A stretch of 60,533 bases of DNA from Methanobacteriota archaeon (lineage in GTDB: Archaea > Thermoplasmatota > Thermoplasmata > RBG-16-68-12): assembly GCA_005878635.1 (NCBI GenBank), contig VBLS01000111.1:1-60533 (forward strand), given 5' to 3'. Position numbers and translations under genes: made by a program. The notes beneath the pieces were generated by a model, which was not told the origin of the DNA, did not search any database, and saw only the letters and a list, made by a program, of their open reading frames with translations. The number at the start of each line of letters is the position of its first letter. The stretch's first letter is position 1. Shown piece after piece: positions 28,675 through 38,361 of this stretch.

Positions 28675-28821
28675 CGCAGCCCCGCTCCTGGGGACTCGGG
28701 CTCCCGCGCGGCTTCTTCATCGCCGCGGAGCAGCGGCCTGCCCATCCGACAGGCAATATAAAAACATGCGTCGCTCGCCGTCGCGGTCGGCGATGCGCGA
28801 GCCCGACGGTCGTTGCGGAAG

Positions 28822-28897
28822 GGCCGGGAGCGAGATTTGAACTCGCGTCAAGGGATCCACAGTCCCCTAGCATCAACCAAGCTAGCCCATCCCGGCC
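28822..28897 (-). tRNA. tRNA-His (GUG)
   Basis: GCCGGGA/TCCCGGC acceptor stem with encoded G-1 and C discriminator; anticodon loop CT-GTG-GA; T-loop TTCAAAT; CCA not encoded. Confidence 0.93.
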
Positions 28898-28966
28898 GCG
28901 GTTCGCGGTAGAGGCGGGGAGGATATAGGTTTTGGCGACGGGATCGCGTCGGTGGGACTCGATCGT

Positions 28967-29230
28967 TCACTTCGCGGGCGGTCGCGCCAGGGGCGATCCG
29001 ACCTGCCGCAGCCGGACAAACGAGACAACGATTAGCGCGACCCCGACGAGCTCGATCAGGATAAACGGCAGATACGTAAAAGGAGGAGAGAAGAGGCTTG
29101 CAATCCCTCCGGCGAAAAGGATGACGAGACCGATGGCGCCAATCGAGACGCTCAACGCCCGACGTCGGCGAAGGGCCGCCTCGGCCGCGCGACGGCGTTC
29201 GGACGGTGCCGTCCGATTTGGCGGTTCCAC
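28967..29230 (-). CDS. Small two-TM membrane protein
   Basis: Two hydrophobic helices; fills the gap between tRNA-His and argF. Confidence 0.55.
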   Translation of the reverse strand: MEPPNRTAPSERRRAAEAALRRRRALSVSIGAIGLVILFAGGIASLFSPPFTYLPFILIELVGVALIVVSFVRLRQVGSPLARPPAK

Positions 29231-29327
29231 GAACCGGCATCCGGCCCGTCGTTATTTGATGGCTCCGCCGAGGACCGCACTCGGGTGCACAACCATTTAG
29301 TACGCTGCCCCAGATGGGCTCATCGCG

Positions 29328-30257
29328 ATGGCCGGCAAACGCGACCTCCTGTCGATGCGCGACGTGCGGGAGGACCTGGTGGGCCTCCTCGAACTGGCCG
29401 GCAGCATCAAGAATAGGACCAAGGCCGGCGAGCCGTACGAGCCGCTGCGAGGCCGGAGCCTCGCGATGATCTTCGAGAAGGCTTCGACGCGGACCCGCGT
29501 GTCGTTCGAGGTCGGCATGACCCAGCTCGGAGGCCACGCCCTGTTCCTCAGTCCGAACGACCTGCAAATCGGCCGCGGGGAAACGATCGCGGACACCGCG
29601 CGGGTCTTGAGCCGGTATGTCGACGGGATCATGTATCGCGCCTTCAAAAACGAGAACGTCCGCGAACTCGCGAATCATGCGACCGTCCCGGTCATCAACG
29701 GCCTGGACGATCGAGAGCATCCGTGCCAGATCATCTCCGACCTGTTCACGATCCAGGAGCGGAAAGGGAAGCTCTCCGGCCTCAAGCTCGCGTACGTGGG
29801 GGATGGCAACAACGTCTGCAATTCGCTCCTCCTCGGATGCGCGATCGTCGGGATGGACATGACCGCCGGATGTCCGGCCGGCTACGAGCCCGATCCGGAT
29901 CTGCTCGAAGAGGCCCGTCGTCTCGCGAAGCCGAGCGGTTCCACCATCGACGTCGTGTCGGACCCGGCGTCCGCTGCCCGCGAGGCCGACATCGTCTACA
30001 CCGACGTCTGGGTCTCGATGGGACAGGAGCGGGAGAAGGAGGAACGCGAAAAACTGTTTCGCTCGTATCAGGTGAACGCGAAGCTCCTCGACCGCGCGAA
30101 GTCGGACGCCATGGTCATGCATTGCCTGCCCGCGCATCGGGGCCTCGAAATCACGGACGACGTCATCGACGGTCCGCAATCGATCGTCATCGACCAGGCG
30201 GAAAACCGACTCCATGCGCAGAAGGCGATCCTCGCCCGATTCCTCGCGGGAGTCTGA
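29328..30257 (+). CDS. argF: Ornithine carbamoyltransferase
   Basis: STRTRVSF, HPCQ, DVWVSMG, HCLP, AENRLH. Confidence 0.96.
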   Translation: MAGKRDLLSMRDVREDLVGLLELAGSIKNRTKAGEPYEPLRGRSLAMIFEKASTRTRVSFEVGMTQLGGHALFLSPNDLQIGRGETIADTARVLSRYVDGIMYRAFKNENVRELANHATVPVINGLDDREHPCQIISDLFTIQERKGKLSGLKLAYVGDGNNVCNSLLLGCAIVGMDMTAGCPAGYEPDPDLLEEARRLAKPSGSTIDVVSDPASAAREADIVYTDVWVSMGQEREKEEREKLFRSYQVNAKLLDRAKSDAMVMHCLPAHRGLEITDDVIDGPQSIVIDQAENRLHAQKAILARFLAGV

Positions 30258-30292
30258 GGGCCTCGCGAGAACCCGTAAATAGGGTCCGCCCT

Positions 30293-31996
30293 TTGCGGAC
30301 GATTGTGCGCGGCCTCCGGCGGTGGCTCCGCCTCGTCGCCGTCGTCCTGATTTTGGCGGGGATCGTTGCGGCCGTCGCCTTTCCCGAGGCGGCCTGGAAC
30401 GCGATCCAGCTCCCGTTGTTCGCGTTCTTTTCCACGACGCGCATGGTGGTTGCCTACCTGTTCGCCCTCGTCTTCGCCATCGCCTACGGCCACACCGCGG
30501 CGACGAACAAACGCGCGTCGGCGGCGTTGCTCCCGCTTCTCGACGTGCTCCAATCCATTCCAATCCTGGGGTTCTTCCCCGCGGCCTTGATCTTCTTCGT
30601 CGCGACGTTCCGCGGCCATCCGATCGGAATCGAGTTCGCCGTCGTCTTCCTGATCTTCACGAGCATGGCGTGGAACATGGCGTTCGGCGTGTACGAATCC
30701 CTCACCACGATCCCGGCGGACCTCGAGGCCGCGGCCGCAAGCTTCGGCCTGCGGGGCTGGCTCCGATTCCGGTACCTCGCATTTCCTGCGGCGATCCCGA
30801 AGCTCGTCTACAACTCCATCCTCTCGTGGACGAACGGCTGGTTCTTCCTCGTCGCGAGCGAAATCTTCTCCGCGGGCGGGACGGAGTTCCAGCGCCCGGG
30901 CCTCGGAGCGTTCATCGCCGTCGCGGGCCGGAACGGCGACATCCCGTCGATCGCGATCGGGATCGCGGTGCTCGCGGCGGTCGTGCTGACCCTCGACATC
31001 TTCGTGTGGCGACCCCTCGGAGCATGGTCCGAGCGCTTCCGGATGGAGACGGCCCCGGGCCGTGAGATCCCGCGGGTCCCGAGTCCGTACGAGCGGTTTC
31101 GTTGGCTCCCGCGGCTGCCGAAGGTCCGCAAGCGCATCATCGCCAGCGTGCAACCGGCATTGGAGCGCTACCATCGTCTCTCCCTGCGATTCGAGCGCGC
31201 GTACACCCAGCACCCGAAGGCGGTCCGCGAGATCCGACGGGTGGATCTCGCGCTGTTCGTCGTCGTCTTCGTCGTGGTCGTCGCGACGGGACTGGTCGGG
31301 TTGGTGCAGATGTTCCTCCGGCCGCTCCCCCCGAATGCGTCCCTCCTCCCGAGCGCCGCCGTGCTCTCGTTCTCGAGGCTCCTCGTCGCCTACGCGATCG
31401 CGTTGGTGTGGACGATCCCCGTGGCCGCGATGCTCGGCGAAAGCCAGAGGGCCGCTCGATACCTGACGCCGGCCCTCGAGCTGTTCGCTTCCCTCCCGGC
31501 GACCGCACTGCTCCCGGTCATCGTGGGGTTCGCGCTCCTCCTCGCGCCGTCGGTCGGAGCCGCGGCCCAGCTCGCGGCGATCCTGATCGCACTCTTCAGC
31601 ATGCAGTGGTACCTCCTGTTCAACCTCATCGCCGGCGTCCGCAGCATCCCGGACGACCTGAAGGAGGCGGCCCGGTCGTTCGGCCTCCGCGGACGCGCCT
31701 ACTGGAAGCGGCTATTGCTGCCCGCGATCGCGCCGTCCCTCCTCACGGGGAGCATCACGGCCTGGGGGGCCGGATGGAACGCCCTCATCGTGTCGGAGTA
31801 CATCCAATACGCCCACCAGTTCTACGAGGTCCCAGGCCTCGGGTCCCTCCTGAACCACGCGGTCTATCCGACACCGGACAACGAGATGCTGCTCCTCACG
31901 ATCCTGACGATGATCGTCGTCGTCCTGGCGATGAACAAGCTCCTGTGGCGCCCCCTGTTCCGCCGGGCGAGCTCCCGATTCCGACTCGAGGTGTGA
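30293..31996 (+). CDS. NitT/TauT-family ABC permease with duplicated permease domains
   Basis: LDVLQSIPILGF, WNMAFG, two EAA loops; start uncertain (30293 or 30305). Confidence 0.88.
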   Translation: MRTIVRGLRRWLRLVAVVLILAGIVAAVAFPEAAWNAIQLPLFAFFSTTRMVVAYLFALVFAIAYGHTAATNKRASAALLPLLDVLQSIPILGFFPAALIFFVATFRGHPIGIEFAVVFLIFTSMAWNMAFGVYESLTTIPADLEAAAASFGLRGWLRFRYLAFPAAIPKLVYNSILSWTNGWFFLVASEIFSAGGTEFQRPGLGAFIAVAGRNGDIPSIAIGIAVLAAVVLTLDIFVWRPLGAWSERFRMETAPGREIPRVPSPYERFRWLPRLPKVRKRIIASVQPALERYHRLSLRFERAYTQHPKAVREIRRVDLALFVVVFVVVVATGLVGLVQMFLRPLPPNASLLPSAAVLSFSRLLVAYAIALVWTIPVAAMLGESQRAARYLTPALELFASLPATALLPVIVGFALLLAPSVGAAAQLAAILIALFSMQWYLLFNLIAGVRSIPDDLKEAARSFGLRGRAYWKRLLLPAIAPSLLTGSITAWGAGWNALIVSEYIQYAHQFYEVPGLGSLLNHAVYPTPDNEMLLLTILTMIVVVLAMNKLLWRPLFRRASSRFRLEV

Positions 31997-31999
31997 GCC

Positions 32000-32758
32000 G
32001 TGGTCGATCGCCCGCTGTTGCAGGTCAAGGACGTCGCCAAGTCGTTCTTCGAGAACGCGAAGGAGTTCAAAGTCCTCGACCTGGTCCGATTCGACCTCAC
32101 GGAACGCGACTTCGTCTGCGTCGTCGGGCCCTCCGGCAGCGGCAAGTCGACGTTGCTGCGGATCATCGTGGGCCTCGAGAAGCCGACCTCCGGCGAGGTC
32201 TTCTTCGAGGGCGAGCCGATCCGCGCGGACAACCCGCAGGTCGCGATGGTCTTCCAGTCCTTCGCCCTGTTCCCCTGGTTGACGGTCGAAAAGAACGTCG
32301 AGCTGGGCCTCGAGGCCAAGGGCACGCTTCCGGAGGAACGCCGGAAGATCGCCCGGAAGTTCATCGACGCCGTCGGCCTGACCGGCTTCGAGGACGCCTT
32401 CCCCCGCGAGCTCAGCGGAGGCATGAAGCAGCGGGTCGGCATCGCGCGAGCCCTCGCGATCGAGCCGCTGCTCCTGTGCATGGACGAGCCTTTCTCGTCC
32501 CTGGACCCGCTCACGGCGCAGAACCTGCGCGACGAAATCCTGCAATTGTGGACGAATCCGGACCTTCCGCCGAAGGCGGTCCTGATGGTGACGCACGCCA
32601 TCGAAGAAGCCGTCTACATGGCGGACCGCGTCATCGTCCTGTCGAGCCGACCGGGCCGCATGATTGCCGAGCTGGAAATCGACCTGCCCCGCCCCCGCAA
32701 TCGGAAGGAGCCAGAATTCTACGGCTGGGTCGACGAAATCTACTCGTTGATCGTGTGA
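32000..32758 (+). CDS. NitT/TauT-family ABC ATP-binding protein
   Basis: GPSGSGKST, VFQSFALFPW, LSGGMKQRV, MDEPFS. Confidence 0.93.
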   Translation: MVDRPLLQVKDVAKSFFENAKEFKVLDLVRFDLTERDFVCVVGPSGSGKSTLLRIIVGLEKPTSGEVFFEGEPIRADNPQVAMVFQSFALFPWLTVEKNVELGLEAKGTLPEERRKIARKFIDAVGLTGFEDAFPRELSGGMKQRVGIARALAIEPLLLCMDEPFSSLDPLTAQNLRDEILQLWTNPDLPPKAVLMVTHAIEEAVYMADRVIVLSSRPGRMIAELEIDLPRPRNRKEPEFYGWVDEIYSLIV

Positions 32759-32772
32759 TTAGAGGAGGTCAA

Positions 32773-33297
32773 GTGTCTAATAGCGGCGATGACGATGGGC
32801 GGCCGGGCATGCTGACCGATTTTCATCCCATCGCCAAAGTATCCGTAGGCCAGATCCTCGGCCTGGTGGAGGCGATCGACGAGGTCGGCGGCGTGGCCGA
32901 CGTCGCGACGATTTCCCAGGAAGTCGAGATGGACGTCGATCGCCTGGGCCCCATCCTCGATGCCGCGGAGTTCCTCGGCCTCTTGATGGTCCACGAAGGC
33001 GACGTGCGGATCACGGACCTGAGCCGCAAGCTACTGAGCGCGAACGTCCGCGAGCGAAAGGCGATCCTGCGGGAGATCATCGACGACATCCCCGATTTCC
33101 GGATGATTACGGACATGGGGCGAAAGGCGGGCCGGCCCCTCACCCGCAAGGAGATCATCGAGGCGCTCTCGGTCCACGTGGGAAGCCATCGGGCCGCGGA
33201 TCTGTTCAAGGCCCTGGTCTACTGGGGCCGCTACGTCGAGCTCCTTCGATACGACAGTCAGTCGGAAGAGCTGACGCTCCGAACTCCGTCCAAGTAG
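32773..33297 (+). CDS. Stand-alone AAA-associated C-terminal domain protein
   Basis: GLVE..G.ADV..I...DVD.L.PI.DAAE.LG...WGRY.EL..YD; GGAGGT upstream of GTG. Confidence 0.8.
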   Translation: MSNSGDDDGRPGMLTDFHPIAKVSVGQILGLVEAIDEVGGVADVATISQEVEMDVDRLGPILDAAEFLGLLMVHEGDVRITDLSRKLLSANVRERKAILREIIDDIPDFRMITDMGRKAGRPLTRKEIIEALSVHVGSHRAADLFKALVYWGRYVELLRYDSQSEELTLRTPSK

Positions 33298-33442
33298 CCG
33301 CGGTCGTGTTCTCAAGATTCGGACCGGCGCAAAGCGTTAAGGCTTTTCCGACCAATTCCCTCCGCGAGGGGTTCGGCCGTGGGGGAGACCGCGAGCGGAC
33401 GGTCGGCGTACGCTCGCAGGGGGAGCCTGGTCTAGCGCGATA

Positions 33443-34024
33443 ATGGCCTTTGTGAGAGTCTTTCGAATTTTGCTGATCGTCGGCGGCGTCCTCGCCCTCG
33501 CCGGGATCTCGCTCGTCGTCTCGTCCCTCGGATCCTCCTCGTCCTCGACAACGTCCATCCCCGCTGGCGTCCGGTATTACATGTATTACGAGATCAACAT
33601 CCTCGGATCGGGGAGCCTTCGCGGAGACTACCAGGAAATTTCCGGCGGTTCGTTGGATGTCTTCGTCATGACCCAGGACCAGTACGATTCGTATCGCACC
33701 GGGTCGAACTTCGGGAGCTTGTGGTCCCTCGGGAGTTCGCGGGGCGGCACGATCGATGTATCGCTCCCCGGATCGGGGCGGTATTTCCTGGTCGCGCAAC
33801 ATGGGACTTCGTATGAGGAGACCGCGCAGGTCGTTCGGCTCACCGTGCACCTGAGCGGGATCAACCCGACGACGTTCGGCTCGGGACTTTCGATGCTCGG
33901 CGCGGGGCTCTCGATCGGATCGTGGGGCGTCCTACGATGGGGCCGGTGGCGGGCCGGTTCGTCCGGTGCGACCGCACACGGGGGACCCGCGCCCGAGGCG
34001 AGGCATCCGCCGGGCCTTCCCTAG
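33443..34024 (+). CDS. Membrane protein with an extracellular beta-sandwich-like domain
   Basis: N- and C-terminal TMs flanking LDVFVMTQDQY...SGRYFLV. Confidence 0.7.
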   Translation: MAFVRVFRILLIVGGVLALAGISLVVSSLGSSSSSTTSIPAGVRYYMYYEINILGSGSLRGDYQEISGGSLDVFVMTQDQYDSYRTGSNFGSLWSLGSSRGGTIDVSLPGSGRYFLVAQHGTSYEETAQVVRLTVHLSGINPTTFGSGLSMLGAGLSIGSWGVLRWGRWRAGSSGATAHGGPAPEARHPPGLP

Positions 34025-34031
34025 GCTATCG

Positions 34032-35636
34032 TCATTCGTTCGCGCCAAAGAACTGTCGCAGGAGCGGATGCATCTCCATCATCTGCTCCCGGCCGATCGC
34101 TTCGTACATCTGGATCATGATGCCGACGGACAGCAGGACGCCCGTGCCGGAGGCGTTCCCCACCGTCCCTATCATGTCGGCGCCCGCCGCGAGGGCGCCC
34201 ACCGAGGCTCCGGATATCACCGCCACCACCGGGATGTATCGGTCCAGCACGCGCCGCAAGATCCGGGGGTCCCGCCGGAATCCGGGGATCTGCATGCCGC
34301 TCGATTCGATCTGTCGCGCCACGTCCTCGGGTCCCATGTTCGTGGTCATGATCCAGAATTTCGCGAACATGACGGAACCACCGATGAAGACGAGGAGGAA
34401 CACGAGGATATGCACGAGGACTTGCCAGTACTCCAGGCCCCGCAAGTAGGGCCCGTAGGTGACCGGATTGAACAAGGGCAAGAGCCAGTCCTGCACCCCG
34501 TTCACATTCGAGAAGTAGTACGCGAGTCCTCCGATGGGCGTCGTCCGCTGGATTTGTCCCGAGACGACGCGTGCGTCGGTCGCGTCCGGATACGCCCCGA
34601 TCCAACTCGCGTGGCCGAGGATCGGCCATTCCGGATGCTGCCAGAAGAGGAGGGAGAACATGCTGACGTTCGCGAGGACCGCGGCGACGAGGATGACCGG
34701 GATGTTCGACGCGTACATGAGGCGGATCGGATAGCGGCCCCGGGCGCCGCGGGCCTGACCGTGGGCGAGGGGGAGCTCGATTCGCGTCGATTCGACGTAG
34801 GCCACGATGAAGAAAATCACGATCGTCCCGATCAAGGCGATTAGCGGATTCGGCGGTTGCACCATGATCTGCTCGACCCCGCCTTGGGCCAGGGAGCTCG
34901 CCGGCAGGTGTTGCAGGTAGTAGATCGTCTTCGGGATCGCGCCCGCCGGGACGAGGCTCCCCGCCCTGGACGGTTCCCAGTTGAACGTGCCCGTGAAGAT
35001 CTGCTGCGCCACGCCGCCGGCGATGAACAGGGAGATGCCCGACCCGATCCCCCACTTGGAGACGACCTCGTCCATCAGGAACACGAGGTAGGAGCCGCCG
35101 AACAGTTGGAAGATGATCAGGATCTTCGCGAGCAGGTCCCCATGTCCCGCGCCGATGAGGCCGAAGAACAGGGATCCGTTCAGCGAGGTCACGAACCCGC
35201 TCGCGGGCGTCAGGAACCCGAACACCTGCGGGATCGCCTCGACGAAGATCATGACGATGACGAGGAACTTCTGCGTGCCCTGGTAGACGCTCTTGTCTTC
35301 GTCGTCCTGGAGGTTGAGGTTGATGATCTTCGCGCCCGCGAAGAGCTGCATGATGATCGAGGCCGTGACGATCGGCCCGATGCCGAGGTGCATCAGCGAG
35401 CCTTGGGCGCCGGCGAGGATCGCGCGGAGGCTGGAGAAGAAATCGATGACGTTCGTGTGGTCGAGGCCGTAGATGAAGATGTTCGTCATGGCGAAATACA
35501 GGACGAGGATGGCGAGGACCCAGAACATCTTCGTGCGGAACTGCACGTGGCCCTCGGGCCGGCTCACCGCCGGCAGGCGGTCCGTCAAGGGCTTGAGCGC
35601 GTAGAGGCGACTTTTCTTCTGTTCCTCGAGAGGCAT
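34032..35636 (-). CDS. secY: Preprotein translocase SecY
   Basis: LGIGPIVTASII, KWGIGSGISLFI, YASNIPVI, GMQIPGFRRD. Confidence 0.97.
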   Translation of the reverse strand: MPLEEQKKSRLYALKPLTDRLPAVSRPEGHVQFRTKMFWVLAILVLYFAMTNIFIYGLDHTNVIDFFSSLRAILAGAQGSLMHLGIGPIVTASIIMQLFAGAKIINLNLQDDEDKSVYQGTQKFLVIVMIFVEAIPQVFGFLTPASGFVTSLNGSLFFGLIGAGHGDLLAKILIIFQLFGGSYLVFLMDEVVSKWGIGSGISLFIAGGVAQQIFTGTFNWEPSRAGSLVPAGAIPKTIYYLQHLPASSLAQGGVEQIMVQPPNPLIALIGTIVIFFIVAYVESTRIELPLAHGQARGARGRYPIRLMYASNIPVILVAAVLANVSMFSLLFWQHPEWPILGHASWIGAYPDATDARVVSGQIQRTTPIGGLAYYFSNVNGVQDWLLPLFNPVTYGPYLRGLEYWQVLVHILVFLLVFIGGSVMFAKFWIMTTNMGPEDVARQIESSGMQIPGFRRDPRILRRVLDRYIPVVAVISGASVGALAAGADMIGTVGNASGTGVLLSVGIMIQMYEAIGREQMMEMHPLLRQFFGANE

Positions 35637-35639
35637 CGC

Positions 35640-36074
35640 TCACTTCCCGGCGGCCGGGAGCACGACCTCCCCGCCGGCGCCCGCGACTTTCGCGAGGGCG
35701 GCCTCGGAGGCCTTCGCCACCGTGATGCGCATTGCCACGGCTACCCGGCCCGACCCTAATAGCTTGTCGATTCCGGCCGCGGTCAGGTCGACATTGATTC
35801 GAGAGTTGTCCTTGGTCGCGTGACCCGCGGCCTCGAACTCGGCGAGCCGACCGGCGAGGTCCTCGAGGTCGATCGCGGTGACGGGGTGCATCTGCGCGTG
35901 GCGCGTGAAGCCGTGTCGACCGAAGTGTTCCGGATCGAACTTGATCATCGACTTGAACTTGTGTTTGTGGAGCCCCGCGTTCCCAGTGCCGCCGCGGCCT
36001 CCCGCGCCGCGGCCGTGCTTCTTGCCGCGGCCGTGTGTGCGGCTGCCGCGAAGCTTGCGCGTCCTACTCGGCAT
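35640..36074 (-). CDS. rpl15: 50S ribosomal protein uL15
   Basis: RGSRTHGRG..RGAGGRGG.GNAG, KLLGSG. Confidence 0.95.
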   Translation of the reverse strand: MPSRTRKLRGSRTHGRGKKHGRGAGGRGGTGNAGLHKHKFKSMIKFDPEHFGRHGFTRHAQMHPVTAIDLEDLAGRLAEFEAAGHATKDNSRINVDLTAAGIDKLLGSGRVAVAMRITVAKASEAALAKVAGAGGEVVLPAAGK

Positions 36075-36552
36075 CCGGCGTCTCCTCCACGACCATCCGC
36101 ACGAGGAGCGGGTTGATCGCTTTTCCCCGGTACCCGAGGTCCCCTCCGTCGTGGTATCCGCGCTTGATTCCGCGGTAGCCCTTTCGAGGAGGCGGCAGTC
36201 GGATCACCGGACGCAAGTCGCGGACGTCCGCGACCCGCGCCTCTCCTTTGACGAGGGCTTGACTGAGATCCCAGATGGACTTGTATGGGCTGTGGGACTT
36301 CACGAACGCGTCGTCGATCGGCCGGTCTCCGACCTGTCGACCGCGTTTCAGCAAGAGCTTCGCGAGGACCTCGGGATCGACCTCTCCCCAGGTCACGTAG
36401 TCCTTGACGAGCTGGAGCATCCCGCGATAGGTGGGATCCTGCGGCACGATCGCGCAGTGGTTCTGCCGTGTGAGATGCAGGAGCCGAAGGGTGTCCTTCA
36501 CCTCGCGGCGAAGGTCGCCCTTGCCTCGGAGGCGCAGGACCGCGAAACTCAT
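36064..36552 (-). CDS. rpl30: 50S ribosomal protein uL30
   Basis: AVLRLRG...TLRLLHL...VKDYVTWGE...RLPPPRKG. Confidence 0.95.
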   Translation of the reverse strand: MSFAVLRLRGKGDLRREVKDTLRLLHLTRQNHCAIVPQDPTYRGMLQLVKDYVTWGEVDPEVLAKLLLKRGRQVGDRPIDDAFVKSHSPYKSIWDLSQALVKGEARVADVRDLRPVIRLPPPRKGYRGIKRGYHDGGDLGYRGKAINPLLVRMVVEETPDAE

Positions 36553-37397
36553 TTCTCGGTCTCCGTGTCCTCGGTCGCGACGTCCTCGCCCTCCTTGGCC
36601 TCCGTGAGGTCCTCGCCTTCGACCTCGACTTCTTCCGGGAGGGCCTCTCCCTCGGCCGCGGGGGCCGCGGGGGCCGCCGCGACTTTGCGGATGAACACCT
36701 GCTCCGCTCCCGACTTGATCTTCAACCGGTCGGTCTGTTCGCCGCGGACCTTGAGGAGGGCCGTGCGACGGAGGGCCCCGAACGTGGCGAGCGCGTAGTT
36801 GACCGTCGTCTTCGTGTGGCCCTTCGTGAATCCCCAGGCATCGGTGATGCCGGCGAGGCGGAGCACGCTCTTCGCGACATCCCCCACCGCCAGGCCGACG
36901 CCTTGCGGCGCGGGCTTGAGCGTCACCACGACGGATCCGCTCCGGGCCGTGACTCGGAAAGGCAATGAATGGGAGCGCTGGCAACCGCACTCCCAGGATC
37001 CACAGCCGCGCTTGATCTCGATCATGTTCAACTTCGCGTTGTCGATGGCCCGCCGGATCGACGGTCCGACCTCACGGCCCCGGGCGCGGCCGAGGCCCGC
37101 GAACCCGTCCTTATTCCCGACGATGCACGTGATCACGAAATTCACGCGGCGGCCGGAGTCCGTCATCCGCTGGACCATGTTGACGTCGAGGACCTCGTCC
37201 TCCGTCTCCGGCAACAGGATGTCGACGATCTCAGGCTCGCGGATCGGCAGGCTCGTCTTGATCGCGTCCCCGAGACTCGTGATCTCTCCGGCGAGGACCA
37301 TGCGGCCGAGCTTCGTCTTCGGCACCCAGGCCGAGAGGTCCCTCTCCGGGCGCGCGGCCCGGGCCTCCCGCCGGCGGCCGCCCCTCCGCTGCGGCAT
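36549..37397 (-). CDS. rps5: 30S ribosomal protein uS5
   Basis: WVPKTKLGR, QRMTDSGRR, GCGSWECGC; acidic tail. Confidence 0.96.
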   Translation of the reverse strand: MPQRRGGRRREARAARPERDLSAWVPKTKLGRMVLAGEITSLGDAIKTSLPIREPEIVDILLPETEDEVLDVNMVQRMTDSGRRVNFVITCIVGNKDGFAGLGRARGREVGPSIRRAIDNAKLNMIEIKRGCGSWECGCQRSHSLPFRVTARSGSVVVTLKPAPQGVGLAVGDVAKSVLRLAGITDAWGFTKGHTKTTVNYALATFGALRRTALLKVRGEQTDRLKIKSGAEQVFIRKVAAAPAAPAAEGEALPEEVEVEGEDLTEAKEGEDVATEDTETEK

Positions 37398-37897
37398 CAG
37401 GGCGCCTCCAGTTTCTTCTTCACGGTGTCGAAGAGCTGACCCAACTCGGCCCCGATGTGTGTTCCGCGGACGCGCTCCTTCGCCGGCAACACGTCTGGGC
37501 TATGAGGAACCGCCACCCCGGAATCGAGGAGGCCTTGGAGGGCGGCAAAGAGCCGGCCTCCCGGCGATGGCCTCTGCCCGCCGAGGTCGAGGATCGCTTC
37601 CTTCAGGCCATGGGCGGACGCCCGGCGGCCCGCGAGATATCCGGTCAGGTAGGCCGCGGGCAAGTTCCCTGTCCCCGCGGACCAACCGTGCTCCTTGAGC
37701 TCGGACGACTGGGCGGTCGCGAGCACGCGGTCTCCCGTCGCCTCCGCGACGACCAATTGCACGATCATCTGCCGCAACGTTTTGCGGACCACCGCCCGAG
37801 GCTTCCCGCTCCGGAGGAGCTTCGCTCGCACCCGGTAATCGGTCCGGCCCTCCCGCCGTCGGCGGAGGGGCACCCGATAGTGAGGACCCTGGGTCAT
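37397..37897 (-). CDS. rpl18: 50S ribosomal protein uL18
   Basis: RRRREGRTDY, NLPAAYLTG. Confidence 0.95.
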   Translation of the reverse strand: MTQGPHYRVPLRRRREGRTDYRVRAKLLRSGKPRAVVRKTLRQMIVQLVVAEATGDRVLATAQSSELKEHGWSAGTGNLPAAYLTGYLAGRRASAHGLKEAILDLGGQRPSPGGRLFAALQGLLDSGVAVPHSPDVLPAKERVRGTHIGAELGQLFDTVKKKLEAP

Positions 37898-38361
37898 TTC
37901 GCCACCCCTTCGCGCAGGACGCCCGCGGCCCGCAACTGTTGGTCCAGGTGCGCCTTCGATTTGAACATGCCGCCCTTCGATTGAGCGTAAAATCGGCGGT
38001 ACGTCCGGACGTCGATCCGGCCCTGCGCCTTCAGCTCCCGGAGATGCCGTCGCATGGAGCGGATGAGGCCGATCCACCGCGCCTTCCGCGGCGTGCGCGC
38101 GTTGAGCGCGCCCTCTCGGGAGCCGTGCCCCCGGCGTCGGCCTTTCGCGCGCTGGGCCGCTCGGTGGCGAGCCCGCCCGCGGGAGACGCCGCGCTCGGGC
38201 CTCTTCTGGATCACATTCCGGCGGATGAGCGCGCGGACCCCATCGCGCGTGATCGCGTCGAGGATGTTCTCCTGCTCCTTCGGATCCGGGCTGATGTACA
38301 CCCGGTTCACGCCGACCTTGAGGATCGACGCGGCGAGGCGACGCTGGTAGTCGAACCTCAC
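37894..38361 (-). CDS. rpl19e: 50S ribosomal protein eL19
   Basis: QRRLAASILKVG, GRRRGHGSR, KGGMF. Confidence 0.95.
   Translation of the reverse strand: MRFDYQRRLAASILKVGVNRVYISPDPKEQENILDAITRDGVRALIRRNVIQKRPERGVSRGRARHRAAQRAKGRRRGHGSREGALNARTPRKARWIGLIRSMRRHLRELKAQGRIDVRTYRRFYAQSKGGMFKSKAHLDQQLRAAGVLREGVAK

Noticed and set aside
28700..29300. Integrated element at tRNA-His
   Set aside because: No integrase and no duplicated tRNA 3' end seen.
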